The notes beneath the pieces are model-generated. The model saw nothing but the letters and a program-made list of their open reading frames with translations. It had not been told where the DNA came from and did no database searches. A DNA stretch of 24,000 nt. It comes from Candidatus Aramenus sulfurataquae. Its GTDB lineage: Archaea > Thermoproteota > Thermoprotei_A > Sulfolobales > Sulfolobaceae. Position numbers and translations under genes: made by a program. Location: NCBI GenBank assembly GCA_000565255.1, contig ASRH01000005.1, positions 2,348 to 26,347 of the forward strand, given 5' to 3'. Positions 19,078 through 24,000 of this stretch are shown here, in pieces. Position 1 is the first letter of the stretch. Each line of letters begins with the position of its first letter.

Positions 19078-19091
19078 TATATATACTTTTA
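19078..19091 (-). promoter_or_regulatory. TATA-like box, candidate promoter of the serA-aminotransferase operon
   Basis: Minus-sense AAAAGTATATATAC lies immediately after the ogg stop. The predicted TSS is about 26 nt downstream, near 19057, which would give a roughly 135-nt leader containing the uORF. Confidence 0.4.
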
Positions 19092-19092
19092 T

Positions 19093-19707
19093 TCACTTTA
19101 CTAACGTTTTAGTTTCTTTAAACCATATGAACAAATCAAGAAGACCTAGTTGAATATTTAAATTAGCTGAGATCCCTCTTAAAACTGATTCTAAATAAAT
19201 ATACTTAGTTTTTGTCAAATGTTTATTGCTTATAACTAAGTAATTTTGAATAAAATTCAAGATATGTCTGTCAATTATGGCTAGGTCAAAGTAACCAACG
19301 TTCCTCAGAAAGTGGCTAGCCTCCTTCATCCCTATCCCATGCAAGTTAAGCAGGAATTCGCGTGCCCTTAGCTGGTCTACGTCTGCAATTTCCTTTACGG
19401 TTCTCTTCAGTTTACCGTAAATGAGCTCCCTATTCTTGACTATGTAAGTTGCCTTTAAGTTGTAAAACCTATAACCACTCTCCTTCAGCGCCTTAGCTAT
19501 CTCCTCCCTTGTGCCAACGTATATACTGTCGCCTAAAGATTGAAGGGAATGGTAGGCAGAAACGAAGGAGGAATTAGCAGTCAATATGCAGAAAACCAAC
19601 TCCCTGAACCAGAGGTCTTCGTCACCTAGGTTGTTTAACTTAAACTCCTCAGCCCTTTCTAGAACTCTTGCCCTTAACTTTGCGTTTCTTAGCAGACTTC
19701 TTAGCAC
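19093..19707 (-). CDS. ogg: N-glycosylase/DNA lyase, archaeal Ogg2-type 8-oxoguanine DNA glycosylase (HhH-GPD)
   Basis: 204 aa. [16 protein letters not shown], HhH motif [18 protein letters not shown], and catalytic Asp context LAIIDRH. It closely resembles my recollection of the Sulfolobus Ogg sequence. Confidence 0.9.
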   Translation of the reverse strand: MLRSLLRNAKLRARVLERAEEFKLNNLGDEDLWFRELVFCILTANSSFVSAYHSLQSLGDSIYVGTREEIAKALKESGYRFYNLKATYIVKNRELIYGKLKRTVKEIADVDQLRAREFLLNLHGIGMKEASHFLRNVGYFDLAIIDRHILNFIQNYLVISNKHLTKTKYIYLESVLRGISANLNIQLGLLDLFIWFKETKTLVK

Positions 19708-20152
19708 GCTTTTTCTTCTTAGTCTTTGCCTTTTTAGGCTTCTCCTTAACCGGTTTCGCTTCCTCCACGTCTGACCTGGCTACTATTTTATAGCCGTTGG
19801 ACGTCTCAACGACTATGAATGGAACTTTGGAAAAGTCCACGTTCACTCCGAGCACTGGGTTTTCCACGTTTATTGGAAAGTCGTCAAACTTCACTGTCTC
19901 GCCGATTTCCTTTGGTACACTAACCTTGTTGACGTAAACGGGGTAAGGGAACTTGTAGGTAACGTCTAGGTTGCTGTTTATGACCCTACCGTCCTTGGCG
20001 TTGAACACTACGACCTTTCCCTCGACGAAGCTATCCTCCAAGCTAGACGAATTGGACGCCTTTTCCTCCTTTTCTTTAACTAAGGAGATGAGAGAGATAA
20101 AGTCGTTTACTTTAATCAACTCGGGCCTATAATACTCAACGAGCACGCTCAA
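19649..20152 (-). CDS. hypothetical protein with beta-rich N-terminal domain and extremely lysine-rich C-terminal tail
   Basis: 167 aa. The last 35 residues ([35 protein letters not shown]) contain 21 K/R. Starts at TTG (20152) or GTG two codons in. An A/T box lies about 27 nt upstream. The 3' end overlaps ogg by 59 nt. Confidence 0.6.
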   Translation of the reverse strand: MSVLVEYYRPELIKVNDFISLISLVKEKEEKASNSSSLEDSFVEGKVVVFNAKDGRVINSNLDVTYKFPYPVYVNKVSVPKEIGETVKFDDFPINVENPVLGVNVDFSKVPFIVVETSNGYKIVARSDVEEAKPVKEKPKKAKTKKKKRAKKSAKKRKVKGKSSRKG

Positions 20153-20234
20153 TTAGATCTACCTTATATTATTAAAAACGCATATTAAAATTCTGGCATA
20201 ATAACACTAGTAAAACCAAGGAAGATGGCGCGAA

Positions 20235-20246
20235 AAGTATAAATAA
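20235..20246 (+). promoter_or_regulatory. TATA-like box for the zinc-ribbon / 95-aa gene pair
   Basis: AAGTATAAATAA is centred about 35 nt upstream of ATG 20275 and about 23 nt upstream of TTG 20263. This fits a leaderless or short-leader transcript. Confidence 0.4.
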
Positions 20247-20262
20247 CAAGTGTATCCATAAG

Positions 20263-20493
20263 TTGTGGATAATCATGAGCATAAGGACAAGAGGAATAAA
20301 CTCCTACGGCCACATGGGTTGGTTTACTGTAAAGTGCAGGATTTGCAATAGGTCGCTAAAAATAGGCGTCGATGTGATTTACAAGTGCCCTAAGTGCGAA
20401 AAGAAGTACAAGGCTTACTTCTGTGAAGCCGACAAGAGAGGACTTAAGGGCAAATGCCCCTACTGTGGAACTGAACTGGTACCTGTGATATGA
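20263..20493 (+). CDS. small multi-CxxC zinc-ribbon protein, function unknown
   Basis: 76 aa (72 aa if ATG 20275 is used). Motifs are CRIC ... CPKC ... C ... CPYC. ATGA overlap with the next gene. Confidence 0.6.
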   Translation: MWIIMSIRTRGINSYGHMGWFTVKCRICNRSLKIGVDVIYKCPKCEKKYKAYFCEADKRGLKGKCPYCGTELVPVI

Positions 20494-20777
20494 TAAAAAG
20501 GTACTCGATAGACAACAAAAGGGTTTTCCTCATTTTAGATAAGGGCATTTTATACGCTGACACCGAAATCGTAACTAGAAAGTTGAAGGGAAAGAGTAAG
20601 ATAGACTACGTTAACGTTAATGTGGACTTCAAGTACGGAAAGATTGTAAGGGTGGTGATCTGCAACGGACTATATAGCTTTATTTGCAACGCAATAGCTA
20701 AGGTGGAAAAAATAAGTGACGAAAACGTTGAAGACGCCTACAGGGAGCTTTTAAAAGAGCTAAATAAACTGGCGTGA
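20490..20777 (+). CDS. hypothetical protein (95 aa)
   Basis: ORF translationally coupled to the zinc-ribbon gene. I recognise no family. Confidence 0.5.
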   Translation: MIKRYSIDNKRVFLILDKGILYADTEIVTRKLKGKSKIDYVNVNVDFKYGKIVRVVICNGLYSFICNAIAKVEKISDENVEDAYRELLKELNKLA

Positions 20778-21055
20778 ACTCCCATTTCCTTCAGTTTCTC
20801 GTTTATCTTAGATACCACATCTACTAACTCACTCGCGTTCTTGCCCTCAACTTTTATTACCATGGCATAGCGTTTAACATCGTCGTTCAGGAAAACCGAG
20901 ACTAGTAAGTCATCTGATGGCGAACATATGTACGAGGCGCCAATCCTAATGGGCTTGCACATATCGCTCAGCATTTTGTCTAGCCCCAGGAACACTTCCC
21001 TAGTTCTTTGAGGCTCAGTCAGAACGTATAAACTTACGGAGAAGTTAGACGTCAT
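20738..21055 (-). CDS. hypothetical protein (105 aa)
   Basis: ORF with ATGA overlap to the upstream 125-aa gene. I recognise no family. The alternating beta/alpha pattern hints at a small ferredoxin-like fold, which is weak evidence. Confidence 0.5.
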   Translation of the reverse strand: MTSNFSVSLYVLTEPQRTREVFLGLDKMLSDMCKPIRIGASYICSPSDDLLVSVFLNDDVKRYAMVIKVEGKNASELVDVVSKINEKLKEMGVHASLFSSFKSSL

Positions 21056-21429
21056 TTCAAGTTTACCCTCTTTACGGGTATTTTAGTTTGCTCTATTACC
21101 TTCTTAACATACTCGTATAAGGAGGGATCTCCATTTACCCTCTTTATCTTCAGTTTCCTATAGTTCAGCACGAGCACCGGGTTCCCGTCCTTTATCACTA
21201 GGATCTTCCCCCTTACCCTGCTGTAAATGTTCCTTATCAGTGTAACATAAACGAAGATCCCCTTTGAGGGTAGGTCGACCATGAATGCCTTCCCTACCTT
21301 ATACGTTGGCGTTACCTCGATTCCCTTTGGCGTTACCTCCTCAATAACTCCGTCTACCTTAAAGAGCACTGTCCTCATCACGTGTTTTCCAGACCTACTC
21401 TTTGAGTTATCTAATAATAGCCGAACCAT
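21052..21429 (-). CDS. hypothetical protein (125 aa; basic, beta-rich)
   Basis: ATG at 21429 is preceded by GAGGGAG/TGAGGA SD-like sequence and overlaps the end of the upstream oxidoreductase by 23 nt. An alternative start is Met18 (21378). Confidence 0.55.
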   Translation of the reverse strand: MVRLLLDNSKSRSGKHVMRTVLFKVDGVIEEVTPKGIEVTPTYKVGKAFMVDLPSKGIFVYVTLIRNIYSRVRGKILVIKDGNPVLVLNYRKLKIKRVNGDPSLYEYVKKVIEQTKIPVKRVNLK

Positions 21430-22387
21430 TCCTCAACTCCCTCATGGACTCCGCTACGCCCTCTAGGTCTATTTTGTCCTCTAAAAACGCGTCCACTAGA
21501 ACGCCGTTGGAGAGGAAAGTCTTGAGCATTTTCTTTCGTAAATAGTTATTTGAATTTATATATGTTTTTAGCAACAAGTACTGGATAGCTATCCTCCTCT
21601 CCAGCTTCCTAAGCCCTTGGCTTAGGGCTTCGTTAAACTCCTTTCCTTTGACGATTGCGTTAAAAGCCTCTTCAGCTGATATCGCGGAAGGCCTAATTCC
21701 CTCCCCACTCATGGGAAAAACGAGTCCTCTGGCCTCGCCAATCCTCCAGTCCTTTTCCTTAACTAAATCCACGGTAATTGGTGCTCCCCTGGTGTCGAGG
21801 ATCTCGTACTTCTTGAACTTGGACTTGAGGTAGTTGAACAACAACTCCTTTGAGTTCTTGTACTCTAGGAAACCCGCTCCTACGTTGTACACCCCATCCT
21901 CGTCTGGAAATATCCAGTAGAAGCCTGTGTACCTTGTGTCGAACTCTAGGACAGCAACATCGTCGAACTCCTCAGTCTTTATTATCGACCTCGTGGTGTA
22001 CACTACCTTCCTGTCCATTAAGTAAGGCCCCATAGCCTTCACTACGAGGTCAAAGTCTTTGCTGTTCACTTTAGCGTTTCCGATTACCTTCTTCCTCACC
22101 TCTTCTATCATGGAGTTTATCCATCCGGTCTTGTCTATGACGTTCCACTTTGTATGCCTATAGTTCACGTCATACACTTTTTCTCCGTCGACGTAGAAGG
22201 CAAAGTTCTTTATCCTGTACTTTACTCTCCAAGGTATCTTTGGCTCGTAAACGTTGGGAACGACGTCCCCACACGGCTTAAAGTACTTGCCCTTCAAGTC
22301 AAACAAAGTGACGTCGTAGCCGGACCTCTGAAGGAGGACTGACAGGTAGGAGCCGGCTACTCCTCCGCCAATCACTGCAATTTGCAT
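21407..22387 (-). CDS. FAD-dependent oxidoreductase, geranylgeranyl reductase family (short form)
   Basis: 326 aa. N-terminal dinucleotide fold [19 protein letters not shown] motif, [15 protein letters not shown] near the FAD site. An A/T box lies about 27 nt upstream of the ATG, suggesting a leaderless transcript. Confidence 0.75.
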   Translation of the reverse strand: MQIAVIGGGVAGSYLSVLLQRSGYDVTLFDLKGKYFKPCGDVVPNVYEPKIPWRVKYRIKNFAFYVDGEKVYDVNYRHTKWNVIDKTGWINSMIEEVRKKVIGNAKVNSKDFDLVVKAMGPYLMDRKVVYTTRSIIKTEEFDDVAVLEFDTRYTGFYWIFPDEDGVYNVGAGFLEYKNSKELLFNYLKSKFKKYEILDTRGAPITVDLVKEKDWRIGEARGLVFPMSGEGIRPSAISAEEAFNAIVKGKEFNEALSQGLRKLERRIAIQYLLLKTYINSNNYLRKKMLKTFLSNGVLVDAFLEDKIDLEGVAESMRELRNGSAIIR

Positions 22388-22487
22388 AATTGGAATATTT
22401 AGGTAAAGTATAAAAGAACCTTTGTTTTAAAACTCTTAATTACGCGGTGACCAGTTATTGTTGAGTCAAGAATACGTTCTCAAAAAG

Positions 22488-24000
22488 ATGGAGGAGTGGC
22501 CCAAACATTACGAACCGAAACAGATTGAGCCTAAGTGGCAAAACTTCTGGTTAAGCAAAGAAGCATGGGAGAAGATTTTCAAGTTCGACGAGGACTCAGA
22601 CAAGCCCGTGTTCTTTATCGATACTCCTCCACCGTTCACAAGCGGAGAGCTCCACATGGGACACGCGTATTGGGTAACAATAGCCGACACGATCGGTAGG
22701 TTCAAAAAGCTACAGGGGTATAACGTTCTTTTACCACAGGGTTGGGACACCCAAGGGCTACCCACTGAGCTCAAGGTTCAGTATAGACTGGGGATTCCAA
22801 AGGAGAACAAGGAACTTTTCCTACAGAAGTGCGTAGAGTGGACCCACGACATGATTGATAGAATGAAGAAGGCAATGATAAGGCTTGGCTACAGGCCAAA
22901 CTGGGAACAGTTTGAGTACAGGACGTTTGACCACGAGTACAGAAAGGTGATCCAGAAGAGCCTCTTGGACATGTACAGTAAAGGGCTAGTGAAAATGATG
23001 GAAGGGCCAGTGTACTGGTGCCCCAAGTGCGAGACAGCCTTGGCCCTGAGCGAAGTGGGATACATAGAGAAGGAAGGCATCTTAGTTTACGTGGGGTTCC
23101 CCCTAAAGGAAGGGGGAGAGATAGTGATAGCTACCACTAGGCCCGAGCTGATAGGGGCAACGCAGGCAATCGCAGTCCACCCGGACGACGAGAGGTACAA
23201 GAACCTCGTGGGGAAAGTGGCAATAGTTCCCCTGTTCAACAAGGAGGTTAAGATTATAGCTGACAACGAGGTGGAAAAGGACTTTGGTACTGGAGCTGTC
23301 ATGATAAGCACTTATGGAGACCCTCAAGACATAAAGTGGAAACTGAAGTACAACTTGCCATCTACGGAGCTCATAGACAACAAGGGGAGAATAAAGGGTA
23401 CTGGGATAGTTGACGGGCTCAAGGTAGAGGAAGCCAGGAAGAAGATAGTTGAAATACTCAAGGAAAAGGGTTTCGTAAGGAAAGTAGAGAAGATTAGGCA
23501 CAGGGTACTTGCACACACGGAAAGGAGTGACTGCATGTCGCCCATAGAGTTCTTGACGAAGAAGCAAGTATACATCGAGGTATTACCGTTTAGGGATAAG
23601 CTACTCGAGGAGTCTAAGAAGATGAAGTTCAAGCCCCCAAGAATGTCGTACTACCTTGAGGACTGGATTAGAAGCCTAGACTGGGACTGGAACATAAGTA
23701 GACAGAGGGTCTACGGCACTCCGTTACCTTTCTGGTACTGCGACAACAACCACTTAGTGCCTGCAAGAGAGGAAGACCTGCCAATAGACCCTACTAAGGC
23801 TAAGCCTCCTGCGGAGAAGTGTCCCCAGTGCGGTCTGCCATTAAAGCCCGTAACTGACGTAGCCGACGTCTGGGTAGACTCTAGCGTAACTGTCCTTTAC
23901 CTTTCTGGGTTTTATGGTAACAAAAAGAGATTCTCTAAGGCTTTCCCAGCTTCCCTGAGGTTACAGGGAACTGACATAATCAGGACGTGGCTGTTCTACA
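22488..24000 (+). CDS. valS: valyl-tRNA synthetase, N-terminal about 500 aa (gene runs off the right edge)
   Basis: My own translation of the frame that is open to the window end gives [21 protein letters not shown]...[17 protein letters not shown] (HIGH motif)...[12 protein letters not shown]...WCPKCETAL...[10 protein letters not shown]...[15 protein letters not shown]. An in-frame TTG at 22461 ([12 protein letters not shown]) is an alternative start. It is absent from the ORF track because there is no stop in the window. Confidence 0.9.
   Translation, partial: MEEWPKHYEPKQIEPKWQNFWLSKEAWEKIFKFDEDSDKPVFFIDTPPPFTSGELHMGHAYWVTIADTIGRFKKLQGYNVLLPQGWDTQGLPTELKVQYRLGIPKENKELFLQKCVEWTHDMIDRMKKAMIRLGYRPNWEQFEYRTFDHEYRKVIQKSLLDMYSKGLVKMMEGPVYWCPKCETALALSEVGYIEKEGILVYVGFPLKEGGEIVIATTRPELIGATQAIAVHPDDERYKNLVGKVAIVPLFNKEVKIIADNEVEKDFGTGAVMISTYGDPQDIKWKLKYNLPSTELIDNKGRIKGTGIVDGLKVEEARKKIVEILKEKGFVRKVEKIRHRVLAHTERSDCMSPIEFLTKKQVYIEVLPFRDKLLEESKKMKFKPPRMSYYLEDWIRSLDWDWNISRQRVYGTPLPFWYCDNNHLVPAREEDLPIDPTKAKPPAEKCPQCGLPLKPVTDVADVWVDSSVTVLYLSGFYGNKKRFSKAFPASLRLQGTDIIRTWLFY

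Noticed and set aside
19050-19290. An AT-rich stretch of about 240 bp considered as a possible replication origin or integration scar
   Set aside because: Most of it is in-frame coding sequence for the conserved Ogg C-terminus. I see no ORB or mini-ORB-like inverted repeats, no cdc6/orc1 or whiP neighbour, no flanking direct repeats and no integrase. It is retained only as a compositional-mosaic finding.
22508-23632. Five minus-strand ORFs (63-154 aa) listed in the track at the right end
   Set aside because: They are antisense shadows of the valyl-tRNA synthetase frame. That frame is open from 22440 to the window end and carries clear class I synthetase motifs.

Overview
This window looks like core chromosome from a crenarchaeote of the order Sulfolobales. 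Overall GC is roughly 45% by eye, genes are tightly packed, many appear leaderless, and TTG/GTG starts are frequent. All product calls rest on motifs I recognise in the supplied translations and on gene order. No homology search was possible.

Gene content, left to right:
- **Fe-S assembly:** a minus-strand suf operon headed by an AbrB-PhoU type regulator, followed by sufC, sufB and the 5' end of sufD.
- **Glycine cleavage:** a divergent locus with gcvT-gcvH on the minus strand, translationally coupled to a PAC2-family protein and an alpha-crystallin-like protein, and gcvPA-gcvPB on the plus strand.
- **Secretion and small genes:** a Sec11-type signal peptidase, a zinc-ribbon protein and small membrane proteins.
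- **Glycolysis:** enolase.
- **Cell division:** the complete cdvA-cdvB-cdvC (ESCRT-III/Vps4) operon.
- **Convergent rpoK-topoisomerase unit:** rpoK followed by a type IA topoisomerase (Topo III-like).
- **Serine biosynthesis:** a serA-like dehydrogenase plus a class V aminotransferase.
- **Repair:** an archaeal Ogg-type 8-oxoguanine glycosylase.
- **Uncharacterised genes:** a cluster of small genes at 19.6-21.4 kb.
- **Right end:** a short geranylgeranyl-reductase-family flavoprotein and the 5' two-thirds of valyl-tRNA synthetase.

I saw no tRNA, rRNA, CRISPR array, transposase or integrase. The Cdv system is already well described.

The less-explained signals are:
1. A roughly 135-nt leader upstream of serA carries an SD-preceded 31-codon uORF ending in S-L-S-S-S-C. 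Its UCAUCAUCA serine-codon run is complementary to the serA Shine-Dalgarno.
2. There is a candidate C/D-box sRNA upstream of cdvA.
3. PAC2 and an ACD-like protein are coupled to gcvTH.
4. A protein with a lysine-rich tail overlaps ogg by 59 nt.
5. The 3' end of ogg drops to about 25% GC.
6. A GGR-like gene forms a translationally coupled operon with two unknown small genes, which converges on and overlaps a zinc-ribbon gene pair.

All of these are hypotheses that need experimental or comparative checks.
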